DNA of 64,000 nucleotides from Alphaproteobacteria bacterium (GTDB lineage: Bacteria > Pseudomonadota > Alphaproteobacteria > UBA11136), in the NCBI GenBank assembly GCA_016776635.1, contig JADHSZ010000001.1, positions 35,064 through 99,063 on the forward strand. The letters run 5' to 3'. Positions within the stretch are counted from its first letter, which is position 1. Each line of letters starts with the position of its first letter. The notes beneath the pieces were generated by a model that was given only the letters and a program-made list of their open reading frames with translations, searched no databases and was not told where the DNA came from. Positions 25,976-36,135 of the stretch are shown in pieces. The translations under genes were made by a program, and so were the position numbers.

Positions 25976-26446
25976 ATGGCGGATCCGGCAGGAGACCAGC
26001 CCGAAGCGAAGTCCAATATAAAGCTGGTGGGTTTTTTCGTGGTTATTGCGGCGGCGGTGGTTGCCCTGCCTACAATCATATTGCTTGGCCTGGGCCTGAT
26101 CCCCACCTTCGTTGCTTTTAAAATTGATCCCTACCGCCGGCTCAGATACGCCACACGTTGTGTCGGTTCCATGAACCTGACCGCGGCCATGCCGTACGTG
26201 CTGCAACTATGGGGGGGGCGCAACGATGTGGATGCGGCTTTTGCCATTCTGGGTGATCCCATGAGCTGGATGGTAATGTTCGGTGGTGCAGCGGTGGGTT
26301 GGGGGTTTTATCTCGGCCTGCCTTCCGTTGTGCAGATTTTCCTCACCATGCAGGCGGAGCAGCGGGTTATCTTCCTTACGGAACGTCAGCAGAAACTGGT
26401 GGAGGAATGGGGGGAGGTAATCACAACCCAGCAAAGGCCCACCTGA
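25976..26446 (+). CDS. Small multi-pass membrane protein (hypothetical), 16 bp downstream of the kinase-like gene
   Basis: 156 aa with three or four hydrophobic segments and an RBS ggagg. It is likely co-transcribed with 23936..25960. Confidence 0.5.
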   Translation: MADPAGDQPEAKSNIKLVGFFVVIAAAVVALPTIILLGLGLIPTFVAFKIDPYRRLRYATRCVGSMNLTAAMPYVLQLWGGRNDVDAAFAILGDPMSWMVMFGGAAVGWGFYLGLPSVVQIFLTMQAEQRVIFLTERQQKLVEEWGEVITTQQRPT

Positions 26447-26452
26447 ACCGCT

Positions 26453-27337
26453 CTAGTTTGCCAGGCGTTGTTCCATGGCGTGGTTGCGTACGGATTTCTG
26501 CAGCTTTTCAAAGGCACGGGCCTCTACCTGGCGAACCCGTTCCCGGGAAATTCCATAGCGTTGGCTGAGTTCCTCAAGGGTGCGGGGCTTGTCGCTGAGC
26601 CGCCGCTCGGTAAGGATATGGCGCTCTCTTTCGTTGAGGCTGCCCATACCCTTTTGCAGAAGCTGGCGCCGGTTATCCAGTTCTTCCATGGCGGCCAGAG
26701 AAGTTTCCTGGGACTCACGGTCGTCGGCAAGCCATTCCAGCCACTCGCCTTCGCTGTCGGCTTTCAGCGGGGTGTTGAGGGAACGGTCGGGAAAGGTCAT
26801 GCGCATGTTCATGCTGATGACGTCGCGCTCCGGCACGTTCAGACTCTCGGCAATTTTGGTTACGTTCTCGGGGTATAAATCGCCTTCTTCGAAGGCCTTC
26901 AGCTTCCCTTTCAGGGATCGCAGGTTAAAGAAGAGCTTTTTCTGAGCCGCCGTGGTTCCGATCTTTACCAGCGACCAGGAATGCAGAATATATTCCTGGA
27001 TGGCGGCTCTGATCCACCACATGGCATAGGTGGAAAGCCTGAACCCACGGTCGGGATCGAAGCGTTTTACCGCCTGCATCATGCCCACATTTCCTTCGGA
27101 GATAAGCTCGCTCAGCGGCAGGCCATAGCCGCGATAACCCATGGCAATCTTGGCCACGAGCCTGAGATGGCTGTTGACCAGTTGATGGACGGCATCGTCA
27201 TCCTGGTTTTTCTGCCAGCGCTTGGCCAGATCGAACTCTTCATCCCGCTCAAGCATGGGGTATTTACGAATTTCCCGGAGAAACCGGGAGAGACCCGCCT
27301 CATCACCCACTTGCGGAAACTGTGCTGCCGATGCCAT
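26453..27337 (-). CDS. rpoH: RNA polymerase sigma-32 factor RpoH
   Basis: The RpoH box QRKLFFNLR and sigma-70 regions 2 and 4 (ISRERVRQVEARAFEKL) are present. Start at the internal ATG (MASAAQFPQ..). The rluD-rpoH arrangement is typical of alphaproteobacteria. Confidence 0.9.
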   Translation of the reverse strand: MASAAQFPQVGDEAGLSRFLREIRKYPMLERDEEFDLAKRWQKNQDDDAVHQLVNSHLRLVAKIAMGYRGYGLPLSELISEGNVGMMQAVKRFDPDRGFRLSTYAMWWIRAAIQEYILHSWSLVKIGTTAAQKKLFFNLRSLKGKLKAFEEGDLYPENVTKIAESLNVPERDVISMNMRMTFPDRSLNTPLKADSEGEWLEWLADDRESQETSLAAMEELDNRRQLLQKGMGSLNERERHILTERRLSDKPRTLEELSQRYGISRERVRQVEARAFEKLQKSVRNHAMEQRLAN

Positions 27338-27456
27338 TGCAAAACTCCTGAATTTCTGGTTCCCGAGATCATGGTTTCCGATTTCAGAGAAAGGAAACAA
27401 CGACCCCCACTGGGAACAGATAATAACCAAGTGTTTCGCTCAGGTATAGTGGTTTA

Positions 27457-28443
27457 TTATATATTGTCTAGATAAAAGATTAACTCATTCATATCTAAAG
27501 GAATTTTTTGTTCAAATTTTAGATTTTTGGTACTTGTGGGATGCTTAAAGCCAATCATGGTGGCATGGAGGGCCTGGCGTTTGAAGGCAGCGATGGCGGC
27601 GGCGGCGTCACCGGAAACGCCTGCCGGGCGCCAGGCCCGCCCGTAAAGCTGGTCGCCCACCAAGGGATGCCCAAGATTCGTCATATGTACTCGGATTTGG
27701 TGGGTGCGTCCGGTAGCGAGCCGGCATTCCACGAGACTGGCCACCGGTGGATCGCTTTTGCCCAGGGTGCGGATGAGGCGATAACGGGTGATGGCGGACT
27801 TTCCTCCCCGTGGCAGGACTGCCATCTTCTTCCGGTTTTTCGGATTGCGGCCGATATTGCTGCTGATTTCACCCTGCGAGGGGTTGGGAACGCCACGCAC
27901 CACGGCCAGATAGGCGCGTTCCATACTGTGATTGGCAAACTGTTTGGCCAGGGCGGCATGGGCGATGTCAGTCTTGGCGGCCACCATAAGGCCACTGGTA
28001 TCCTTATCGAGACGGTGGACGATGCCGGGCCGCTTGACTCCGCCGATGCCCGACAGGGAATCGCCGCAATGAGCGAGAAGAGCATTGACCAGAGTGCGGT
28101 CAGGGTTGCCGGGTGCGGGATGCACAACCAGCCCCGGCGGTTTGTTGATGACGATGAGTTGGTCATCTTCGTAAACCACATGAAGGGGAATGTCCTGGGG
28201 CCGGGGCGTCGCCTCTTCGGGCTCCGGCACGATAATATGGAATTCCTGGCTGGATTTGACTTTGAATGCGGGGTCTTTGACAGGGTTCTCACCACATGTC
28301 ACATGACCGTCGGTGATGAGCTTCTTCAACCGTGATCGGGAAAGCCCGGACACGGCTTGGGCCAGGAAAGAATCCAGCCGCGTCCCGCTATGGTCTTCGC
28401 CGGCCCGGACGTGGTATCGGTTTATTTCGCTATTCGCCGTCAT
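27457..28443 (-). CDS. rluD: 23S rRNA pseudouridine synthase RluD (RluA family, S4 domain)
   Basis: S4 domain (RLDSFLA..SRSRLKKLI) and the catalytic motif HRLDKDTSGLMVAAKT. Confidence 0.9.
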   Translation of the reverse strand: MTANSEINRYHVRAGEDHSGTRLDSFLAQAVSGLSRSRLKKLITDGHVTCGENPVKDPAFKVKSSQEFHIIVPEPEEATPRPQDIPLHVVYEDDQLIVINKPPGLVVHPAPGNPDRTLVNALLAHCGDSLSGIGGVKRPGIVHRLDKDTSGLMVAAKTDIAHAALAKQFANHSMERAYLAVVRGVPNPSQGEISSNIGRNPKNRKKMAVLPRGGKSAITRYRLIRTLGKSDPPVASLVECRLATGRTHQIRVHMTNLGHPLVGDQLYGRAWRPAGVSGDAAAAIAAFKRQALHATMIGFKHPTSTKNLKFEQKIPLDMNELIFYLDNI

Positions 28444-28469
28444 TATGCAACAGAGACTGGACCTAAAAC

Positions 28470-28811
28470 ATGCAGGCGCTCAAGGCCCTCGTTATCGGTA
28501 TGGGAGTTTTAATTCTGGTGGCCATGGCGGTGCTTGCCGTCACCATATACAAACGGGCCACGACACCAGGCGATGAAACGGCGGAGGCGGAGGCCGGTCT
28601 GCGGGCTGGGGCTGCATCGGGTATTTCTTCCGACACTTTTGGTTCCGTGGATTTACCCATTCCCGAGGGCGCTACTGTGGAGGCGATGGAGGCCGAAGAC
28701 GACCGTCTCATACTGAGACTTCGTCTTAACGATGGCAGCACCAGCATCATGGTGGTGGATATTGCCAGCGGAGCTCTGATCGGTAATTTTCTTCTTCAGC
28801 CCAGGCCGTAA
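28470..28811 (+). CDS. Small N-terminally anchored hypothetical protein
   Basis: 113 aa with a single N-terminal TM (ALVIGMGVLILVAMAVLAVTIY) and an acidic central region. No recognised domain. Confidence 0.4.
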   Translation: MQALKALVIGMGVLILVAMAVLAVTIYKRATTPGDETAEAEAGLRAGAASGISSDTFGSVDLPIPEGATVEAMEAEDDRLILRLRLNDGSTSIMVVDIASGALIGNFLLQPRP

Positions 28812-28842
28812 TCCGGCGTATTTAACGGAACATTCGTCACGG

Positions 28843-30882
28843 TCATCCTGCCCGAGGTGATTCTCTTCCACCCACGAAAAACTGGGGATCGTGATAAAAA
28901 TCCTTGTAAGCCGAGACCATGCGCTGGAGTGAAAATTCCTCGGTGATTCTTTGCCGACTCCGGCGGCCCAGATCGTGCCGTAGTGCCGGGTCTCGCTGTA
29001 GCTTTTTGATGGCCTCGGCCAAGGCGTTGGAATTCTTTTGCCTAACGATAATCCCGCAATCACCGACGATCCGGCTTGAATCACCCACATTGGTGGCGAT
29101 CACGGGAAGTTCACAGGACATGGCCTCGGCGATGGCGTTGGAAAACCCCTCGCCATAGGCCGAGGCGGAGATGAATACGTCCATGGCATGGAGGATGCGA
29201 AGCGCATCCTGGCGCTCTCCCAGGCAAATCAATCCGGGCTTCTTGGGAAGTTTTTTGGTTCCGCGGCCGGCAACGATACAAACAACCCCATCAAGTTTTT
29301 CCAGTGCGGCAAGAAGGTTGGGGTAATCCTTCATGGGGTCATTGCGGGCCAGGGCGCCGATGACAAACGCATCCCTGTCGATACCGAGCTCGGCGCGGGC
29401 TTCATGGCGCAGGGACAGGGTGGCCTGGTACAGGGAAACGTTGAGGCCATTGTCGATGACGGTAAACAGTTTCGGTTTGTAGCCGATACGGAGATGCCAG
29501 CTTCTTCCTTCCATGGAGTTGGCGACGATGCCGTCGGGAAGAAAAGACAGCCAGGCACATACCCTGATGACCACTCTCAGGGTAAGACCGTACTGGGCGG
29601 TGTCCATGTTCGAGCAGCGGATTCCCCAGTAAAGGCGGGTTTGGCGCCGCCGGCCGGATACCATGAGGGCGATCAGGCTGTAAAGATCGGCATGGTACAT
29701 CCAGCTCTGGATGATGTCGGGTTTCTCGACGCGAATCAGGTCCACGAGACGGAAAAGCCCACGCAGACCAGGCCTGCCGCGCACAAGACCCACCTCTTTC
29801 ACCTGGACCCCGGCCTTGACCAGATTGTCATGACGCGCGCCTCCGGGCAGTAGGCTCACCAGAAGTGGAGACTCGCCGGCGTGGTGGTTGGCGATGGCGA
29901 GATCGGTGAGCATTTTCTCCGCGCCGCCGGTATCGAGACCGGTGATTACATGCATGATCCTCGGCCGCTCTGACAGGGACGTTGATACCGCCTTAGCGGA
30001 GGGGATCAGCGCCATTCTGCGAATGGCATTGTTATAGAAGGCGAGATTCCTGAAGGGCCAGGCCACCACGGCGCGACTCAGGAACCACATGGCCCGGAAA
30101 TATTTTCTTTCATAGAAGGCGGATGCCGACCCCTCCACCAACAGGCTGGAAAGAAATTTCAGGGAATCGACTATGCTGTTTTGCATAATCCAGGCCCGAT
30201 GTTTCCTGAAGAGCCGTCTGGTACTGTCCTGAACCATGTCCAGCGGCGGCCGCGGGGAGAGGTGAATCCGCACCAGGGGTTCGGGGACGACACTAACCTG
30301 ACCGGTTTTCAGGTATCTCAACAGCCAGTCCCAGTCCTCCAGCCGTTCCAGCGTCTCGTCGAAAAGGCCGTATTCGTCGAAGACACGGCGTGCGGCGAAG
30401 AGCGTGGAGCCGGGGCTGAGATCACAGCCCATGAGCAGACGTCTGTAGGTGGCGCAGGGTTGCGGGATGCGGGATTCCTGCCTTCCCGTTTCATCCCAGG
30501 TCAGGATATAGCCCGAGCACAGAAGGCGCGCGTCACTTTTTCCCGAACGCAAGAGGGTGATCTGGTGGTCGAGCTTCCCCGGCAGCCATTCATCATCGGA
30601 ATCCAGAAGCGCGATATACTCTCCTTTAGCGGCCCTAATCCCCGTATTGCGGGCCGCTCCGGCGCCCTGGCGGGTTTCATGGTGCAACAGGGTGATGGGC
30701 ATATCCCGGAAGTGGGAGAGCCCGCCTTTGAGATCGTCGTTGGAGCCGTCATCGACGACGATGATTTCAAGGTTGGGATAGGCTTGAACACGCACGCTCT
30801 CCAGCGCCCGGCCAATCTCGTGAGCCCTGTTGTAGACCGGGATAATGACACTTATCAGGGGGTTCTGTTGGGCTTCAGGCAC
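28843..30882 (-). CDS. Bifunctional glycosyltransferase (N-terminal GT2 domain fused to C-terminal GT4 domain)
   Basis: N-terminus: ISVIIPVYNRAHEIGRALESV..IIVVDDGSND (GT-A DxD). C-terminus: ..IMHVITGLDTGGAEKM.. and the GT4 EX7E region GEGFSNAIAEAMSCELPVIATNVGD. Confidence 0.8.
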   Translation of the reverse strand: MPEAQQNPLISVIIPVYNRAHEIGRALESVRVQAYPNLEIIVVDDGSNDDLKGGLSHFRDMPITLLHHETRQGAGAARNTGIRAAKGEYIALLDSDDEWLPGKLDHQITLLRSGKSDARLLCSGYILTWDETGRQESRIPQPCATYRRLLMGCDLSPGSTLFAARRVFDEYGLFDETLERLEDWDWLLRYLKTGQVSVVPEPLVRIHLSPRPPLDMVQDSTRRLFRKHRAWIMQNSIVDSLKFLSSLLVEGSASAFYERKYFRAMWFLSRAVVAWPFRNLAFYNNAIRRMALIPSAKAVSTSLSERPRIMHVITGLDTGGAEKMLTDLAIANHHAGESPLLVSLLPGGARHDNLVKAGVQVKEVGLVRGRPGLRGLFRLVDLIRVEKPDIIQSWMYHADLYSLIALMVSGRRRQTRLYWGIRCSNMDTAQYGLTLRVVIRVCAWLSFLPDGIVANSMEGRSWHLRIGYKPKLFTVIDNGLNVSLYQATLSLRHEARAELGIDRDAFVIGALARNDPMKDYPNLLAALEKLDGVVCIVAGRGTKKLPKKPGLICLGERQDALRILHAMDVFISASAYGEGFSNAIAEAMSCELPVIATNVGDSSRIVGDCGIIVRQKNSNALAEAIKKLQRDPALRHDLGRRSRQRITEEFSLQRMVSAYKDFYHDPQFFVGGRESPRAG

Positions 30883-30934
30883 CTATTTTTCCCCGGCAAG
30901 ATTTATCAGCAGCGCCACTTTTATCGGCACACTT

Positions 30935-32428
30935 TTAATGCAGTGTCTGTGGGGCGGGGAGAGGCTTGGAGCGGGGTCTGTAGACTTCGGCGGCCAGCAT
31001 CAGTCCCAGCTTGGTCTTTCTCCGAAGTTCGGAAAGGGACGTGAAACTCCGTAGCTCCCTGACAATGCGGCGTGGTTGGAAATAAAGCTGGCGTGTTCCC
31101 AAATTACGCATCTGTACTAGCATCTCTCGGTCCATATGCTCTTCCACAAGATGGGGGATACGATAATCCGGAACTGGATTTTTCGTAAATTCCCGCCAGA
31201 AATCATGAGGAATAACCCCTCGTTCCAGCCCCTGAGTGTAGATTTCCGTGCCGGGATAGGGAATGAGAATGACAAAAACAGGATAGTCAGGATCCAGTTT
31301 CTTCGCAAAATCAATGGTCATTCTGGCATCGGCAACGGTCTCGTCAAGAAACCCAAACATGAAATAGGCCATGACGGTCATGCCTGTTTCCTTGGCAATG
31401 GCGATGCCCGTTTCCACCTGTTCCATGGTCAGGAATTTACCCGATTTCTCAAGGATGCGTGGCGAGCCCGTTTCCACGCCGAAATGCACCCTGTTGCATC
31501 CGGCTTGTTTGAGAAGCCGGTAAAGTTCGGGTGTTACCCGGTTGGCGCGGTCTCGGATGGCCCAGTTGATCTTGATGCCGCGATCAATGATGCCCTGGCA
31601 GATATCCATTGCCCGGGCGATGCCCCAGGTAAAGGTGTCGTCGTAAACCTGGACGTCGGTGATTCCGAGATTGGCGATTTGCTCAAATTCATCCACTACT
31701 TGGGCGGCAGTTCGAGCGTAGACCTTCTGGACGTCCATCTTGCAGAATACGCATTTATAGGGGCACCCCCTGGAGGTAATCATGGTGGTCTCGTAATCGG
31801 CGGGGCTCAGAACGGAACTGTAACGTTGGTAGGGAAGCAGATTACGGTCGGGGGGGGGCACCTTGGTAATGTCATCTATCATTGCCAGGGGGTCCACCGG
31901 CGCAATGACACTGCCCTTCTCTTTGCGCCAGAGACCAGGTTGTTCGGCGATGGGACGGCCATAGACGAGATCTGACACCAGACTAAGCATCACGTCCTCA
32001 CCATCGCCCACTACAAGGAAATCGGCTTCGGAATATGTCAGGGATTCTTCGGGGTAAACGCCGCAATGGGGGCCGCCCAGAATGATGGCGCAATGGGGCA
32101 GCCTTTTTCGCAGCAGCCTCATGGTTTCCCAGGCGGGGTGCCAGAAATCTGTCCAGGCAGTGAAGCCGACAATATCCGGCTTCATGGCCACCAGCCGGTC
32201 CACGGTCTGTTGCGGCGAAAGTTCCTCCAACTGAGCGTCGAGGCACTGGACGTCGCTAAACCCGTTGGCCCGCAGATACGTGGCAAGAATCATGATCCCC
32301 AACGGCGGCTTGTGGCCGATGGCGTGATCATTGTGATAGGTGAACAGGGATTGCACGCACTGGTCGCTGGAAGGCTGGGCCAGGACGATCTTGCTGTTCT
32401 TCACGGGGCTTGTTGCGGTATCGGTCAT
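30935..32428 (-). CDS. Cobalamin(B12)-binding radical SAM protein (class B rSAM) #1
   Basis: N-terminal B12-binding Rossmann-like domain (..LGIMILATYLRANGF..KPDIVGFTAW..). The CX3CX2C motif is SRGCPYKCVFC, followed by a radical SAM TIM barrel. Confidence 0.8.
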   Translation of the reverse strand: MTDTATSPVKNSKIVLAQPSSDQCVQSLFTYHNDHAIGHKPPLGIMILATYLRANGFSDVQCLDAQLEELSPQQTVDRLVAMKPDIVGFTAWTDFWHPAWETMRLLRKRLPHCAIILGGPHCGVYPEESLTYSEADFLVVGDGEDVMLSLVSDLVYGRPIAEQPGLWRKEKGSVIAPVDPLAMIDDITKVPPPDRNLLPYQRYSSVLSPADYETTMITSRGCPYKCVFCKMDVQKVYARTAAQVVDEFEQIANLGITDVQVYDDTFTWGIARAMDICQGIIDRGIKINWAIRDRANRVTPELYRLLKQAGCNRVHFGVETGSPRILEKSGKFLTMEQVETGIAIAKETGMTVMAYFMFGFLDETVADARMTIDFAKKLDPDYPVFVILIPYPGTEIYTQGLERGVIPHDFWREFTKNPVPDYRIPHLVEEHMDREMLVQMRNLGTRQLYFQPRRIVRELRSFTSLSELRRKTKLGLMLAAEVYRPRSKPLPAPQTLH

Positions 32429-32727
32429 GAGGTCAGGATATTTCCTATAAAGCCGCCGCTATACCCATTATCCGTTCCCTAAAGGGCTGGAAAGGGGCGA
32501 TTGTGGATAAATTTATCATGCCAGAGCTGATAACTCAAAAGCAGCCATAACTTGCATCCATATGTGCGGCCAGAGGAAGTCTTTCGTGCCTTAAAATCCG
32601 ATGATGGCTCGAATGTAATATCAATCGCGCCGGACCCGACGAGCACCTTTGATATGGAGTCGTCTTTGATATAGATTCCCGGCATGTCTGCCGTCACCCT
32701 GATCCGGCCCCGGTTCGCCAGTATGAA

Positions 32728-34209
32728 ATGCCCATGACCACCGCGTTAGACTTCTACAAGACCCTTTATGGCACCATCAGTAACTCTTCCCGGAATGCCT
32801 ATGTGTATTCCGACGAAAAGTACTCCTACGCCGACATGCGCCGCGAGATGATGTGTATCAACTCGGCCCTTTCCGGGAAGTCGAGAAAACGCATTGTGTT
32901 GTTCGCCCGCAAAGGTTTCTCTACCTACAACGCCTTGTTCGCCATCTTGCTGTCAGGGAATACTTGGATTCCCATCAACCCAGACATCCCCGAGGCACGT
33001 AACCTCGACATGATTTGCCTAGCGGAACCGGAGTTGATTCTGGTCGGTGACGAGCTATCTCCCAAGATCGCCGAATACGCCGCCGCCAACGGCTGTGAGG
33101 TGATCAAACTTGAGGACCTGATCTCGACCGGAGAGGAAACAGAATTTACCTATGAGGATTTCGCCGAGGACGATATCGCAATCATCTTCTTTACCTCGGG
33201 CTCCACCGGCCTGCCCAAGGGAGTATTGATGACTCATGGCAACTACATCCCCACCGTCGGTAATATCCTCGATCTCCTTCCCTACCAAAAGGGTGAGGTT
33301 TTTGGCGACTACCACGATTTGGGTTTCGTGTTATCAGTGAGTTATTTATTCACTTGTGTCCTCACAGAGAGCGCCTTCTGCCCGGCTATCGAAGACATCG
33401 AGCGCATGGCGCCCATCACCCATATGATCAAGAACAAGGTTACGGTCCTGGTCACGGTGCCCTCGACGATGGCCCGCATCCGGACCATGAAACGCGATGG
33501 CACCGGCGACCATTCCTTGCGCATCATCTGTCTTGCCGGCGAGCCGTTGCACCTGGATATCCTCGAGTATTGCTTCGACAAGCTAGAAGTGGACGACGTT
33601 TTCGATTTCTACGGCAGCACCGAGGTTGGCTGCTGGATATTCCACCACCCCTGCAGCCGCGAAGACCTCGATAAGTATGGCGACCTGGGGGTAGTTCCCA
33701 TTGGCAAACCCTTGCCTGGGAACGGGGTCAGGTTGTCGGAACAGGACGAGTTGCTGATTTCCGGCCCCCAGATCACCCCGGGCTACCTGAGTGGTGAGAA
33801 CGCCGAAAAGTTCCTCGATATCGACGGTGAGCGCTGGTTTTCTATGGGTGACAAGGTGCTGGACCGGGATGGGGTTTACATCTGCAAGGGGCGCCTCGAC
33901 TCTCAGGTCAAGATTGACGGTTACCGCATTGAACTGATGGATACCGAGGCCCATCTGAGGAGCCTGGATGGGGTCGACCAGGCTGTATGCTTCGTCGCTA
34001 AGGTGGGTGGGCACAACGCTATTGTTGCCGGGCTGGTTGGCCCCCGGGAGATCCGGATCCAAGAGGTGCGGGAGCAGGTGAAAGAGAAGCTTCCCTCTTA
34101 TATGATCCCACGCAAGGTGTTTTTTATCGAAAAAGTGCCGCTGAACAAAAGTGGCAAGATTGATCGCATTGCCGTGCAGGCCGGCTACGAGGAGATGGAG
34201 AAGGAATGA
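32728..34209 (+). CDS. Stand-alone adenylation-domain protein (DltA / NRPS A-domain-like amino acid--carrier protein ligase)
   Basis: Adenylate-forming core motifs FTSGSTGLPKGV, YGSTE, ISGPQITPGYL, FSMGD and GRLDSQVKIDGYRIELMDTE (A8-like), and a C-terminal ..KVPLNKSGKIDR. Confidence 0.75.
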   Translation: MPMTTALDFYKTLYGTISNSSRNAYVYSDEKYSYADMRREMMCINSALSGKSRKRIVLFARKGFSTYNALFAILLSGNTWIPINPDIPEARNLDMICLAEPELILVGDELSPKIAEYAAANGCEVIKLEDLISTGEETEFTYEDFAEDDIAIIFFTSGSTGLPKGVLMTHGNYIPTVGNILDLLPYQKGEVFGDYHDLGFVLSVSYLFTCVLTESAFCPAIEDIERMAPITHMIKNKVTVLVTVPSTMARIRTMKRDGTGDHSLRIICLAGEPLHLDILEYCFDKLEVDDVFDFYGSTEVGCWIFHHPCSREDLDKYGDLGVVPIGKPLPGNGVRLSEQDELLISGPQITPGYLSGENAEKFLDIDGERWFSMGDKVLDRDGVYICKGRLDSQVKIDGYRIELMDTEAHLRSLDGVDQAVCFVAKVGGHNAIVAGLVGPREIRIQEVREQVKEKLPSYMIPRKVFFIEKVPLNKSGKIDRIAVQAGYEEMEKE

Positions 34210-34285
34210 TCTGTCAGGCGGTATTGGAGAATGCTAGTCTGGCCAAGATGTCAATGTGGGGCGAACTCACTTCCGGCGGCGGCGT

Positions 34286-35368
34286 ATGAAAGTCGTATGT
34301 ATTCTTGGCGCCCGCCCCAATTTCATCAAACATTACGCCTTCCAGAAGGCGTGTCGTAGTAAAGGTCTTGAGTGCATCGCCGTTCACACGGGGCAGCATT
34401 CCGACGTTGATATGTCGGATATCTTTTTCCGCCAACTCGGCCTGGATCCACCGGCTTATCTTGACCGGCTGGAGAGGTTGACGCCAGCACGCGATCTCGG
34501 ACGAAAAATGGTATTTATCGAGGACGCTATCAAATGCGAAAGCCCTGCCCTGGTCGTGGTCTATGGGGATGTGGCCTCGACCCGGGCAGGTGCTCTGGCT
34601 GCCTCCGGATTGGGGGTTCCCGTGGCCCATGTGGAGGCGGGAGTGAGGGCCGGCAATATGAGCAACCCCGAGGAACTCAACCGCCGCATCGCAGAGCTGT
34701 GCGCCCACACCCTGTTTCCCAATATCGAATCGGCCCGCAGCAACCTGTTGGCCGAGGGCTTTCCCGAGGATGATATCTTCCTGACGGGCGACATTATGAT
34801 GGATAGTTTACTTGCGGTCCGCAACGCGCATGGCATCGAGCCCAGCAACGGCGATTACGTGCTGGTCACTCTGCACAGGGCGGAGAACACGGACGATCCC
34901 ACCCGGCTCTCGGCCATCTGCGAGACTCTGATGGCGGGGTCGCGGAATATTCGTTTCCCGGTCCACCCGCGTACTCGCGCCGCCTTGGAGTGCACTGATT
35001 TGTGGGGGCGCCTGTTGGCCTGTGGACACATCGATTTGATGCCGCCGCAAGGTTATGTGGAGACCGTCCGACTTATCGCCGGGGCCGAGCGGGTGTTGTC
35101 GGACTCCGGTGGTGTGCGCCGGGAGGCCTATATCTTCGGTAAGCCTGTGGTGTCTCTGATCGAGTTGATCTGGGTGCCCGAGATGATAGAGGCCGGCTGG
35201 GAGTTCGTCGCTGGAGCCGATACCGAAAGGATCCGCTATGGCCTTGAGACTTTCACGCCACCGCCGGGCCGCCCGGATATCTTTGGTGATGGCGGGGCCG
35301 CTCATCGCATGGTCGATATTCTCCTGGAAAGGTATGGCGGCGAAGCGAAAAGGCAGTACGGTTCATGA
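34286..35368 (+). CDS. wecB: UDP-N-acetylglucosamine 2-epimerase (non-hydrolysing), WecB family
   Basis: MKVVCILGARPNFIK.., ..VHTGQH.. and ..VAHVEAGVR.. are hallmark WecB/MnaA motifs. Confidence 0.85.
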   Translation: MKVVCILGARPNFIKHYAFQKACRSKGLECIAVHTGQHSDVDMSDIFFRQLGLDPPAYLDRLERLTPARDLGRKMVFIEDAIKCESPALVVVYGDVASTRAGALAASGLGVPVAHVEAGVRAGNMSNPEELNRRIAELCAHTLFPNIESARSNLLAEGFPEDDIFLTGDIMMDSLLAVRNAHGIEPSNGDYVLVTLHRAENTDDPTRLSAICETLMAGSRNIRFPVHPRTRAALECTDLWGRLLACGHIDLMPPQGYVETVRLIAGAERVLSDSGGVRREAYIFGKPVVSLIELIWVPEMIEAGWEFVAGADTERIRYGLETFTPPPGRPDIFGDGGAAHRMVDILLERYGGEAKRQYGS

Positions 35369-36135
35369 GTCTGGAAATCGGTACAGAAAGTGTCTCCGTG
35401 GTTATTCCCTGCCACAACGAGGCCGAGTCCCTACCCACCCTGTTTGCCCGCGTTTCTGAGATGAGGCGCTCTCTTGATGGTGTCATGCTGGTCCTTGTGG
35501 ATGACGGCTCCAGCGACGGCACGGGGGAGCTTCTGCGGGCGGAGTTCGGGGGCGATCCTGACGTGCGGGTGGTATCCCATGACGTAAGATTGGGATACGG
35601 CGGGGCGCTCAAGGTGGGCCTGGACGCGGCGGACGGTGATATCGTGGTTACCATCGACGCCGACACTAACTACGATATCCGCAATATCAAAAAGCTTCTT
35701 GAGGCCCTCGGCAACGGTGCCGACATGGTCACGGCGTCGCCGTTCATGGATGGCGGGGCCTGGAACTATCCGTTCCGCCGCTTCGTCATGAGCCGAGTCC
35801 TGGTAACCCTCTACCGGATGGCGCTGTGGAACCAGGTTGGGGATATCATGACCTTCACCTGCGGCTTCCGTGCCTATCGCCGCACCATCCTTGCCGCCGT
35901 CAGGCCCGACGCCGACGACTTTTTGGCCAACGCCGAAATTCTGGTTCGTGCCTTGGTCTTGGGGCTGACCGTGGCCCAGGCTCCGGCCACCGTATTTGAC
36001 CGCGAGCACGGCCGTTCCAAGCTCAAGACCGTGCCTATCATCCTGCGCCATCTGGGATTTCTGTGGAAGCTGCTCCTCCGCCGGGTTGAGGCGCGACCGG
36101 TGGAGCATCCCGAAGGACAGAGGAAGGAGGCGTGA
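35365..36135 (+). CDS. GT2 glycosyltransferase, polyprenol-phosphate sugar transferase-like (DPM1/ArnC-like, soluble type)
   Basis: VSVVIPCHNEAESLPTLF..LVDDGSSDGT..TIDADTNYD (DxD), 256 aa. Its start is 4 bp overlapped with wecB. Confidence 0.75.
   Translation: MSLEIGTESVSVVIPCHNEAESLPTLFARVSEMRRSLDGVMLVLVDDGSSDGTGELLRAEFGGDPDVRVVSHDVRLGYGGALKVGLDAADGDIVVTIDADTNYDIRNIKKLLEALGNGADMVTASPFMDGGAWNYPFRRFVMSRVLVTLYRMALWNQVGDIMTFTCGFRAYRRTILAAVRPDADDFLANAEILVRALVLGLTVAQAPATVFDREHGRSKLKTVPIILRHLGFLWKLLLRRVEARPVEHPEGQRKEA

Noticed and set aside
34808-35305. 165-aa minus ORF, and 34214-34708 minus ORF
   Set aside because: Antisense to the WecB epimerase gene. Composition is consistent with a GC-frame artefact.
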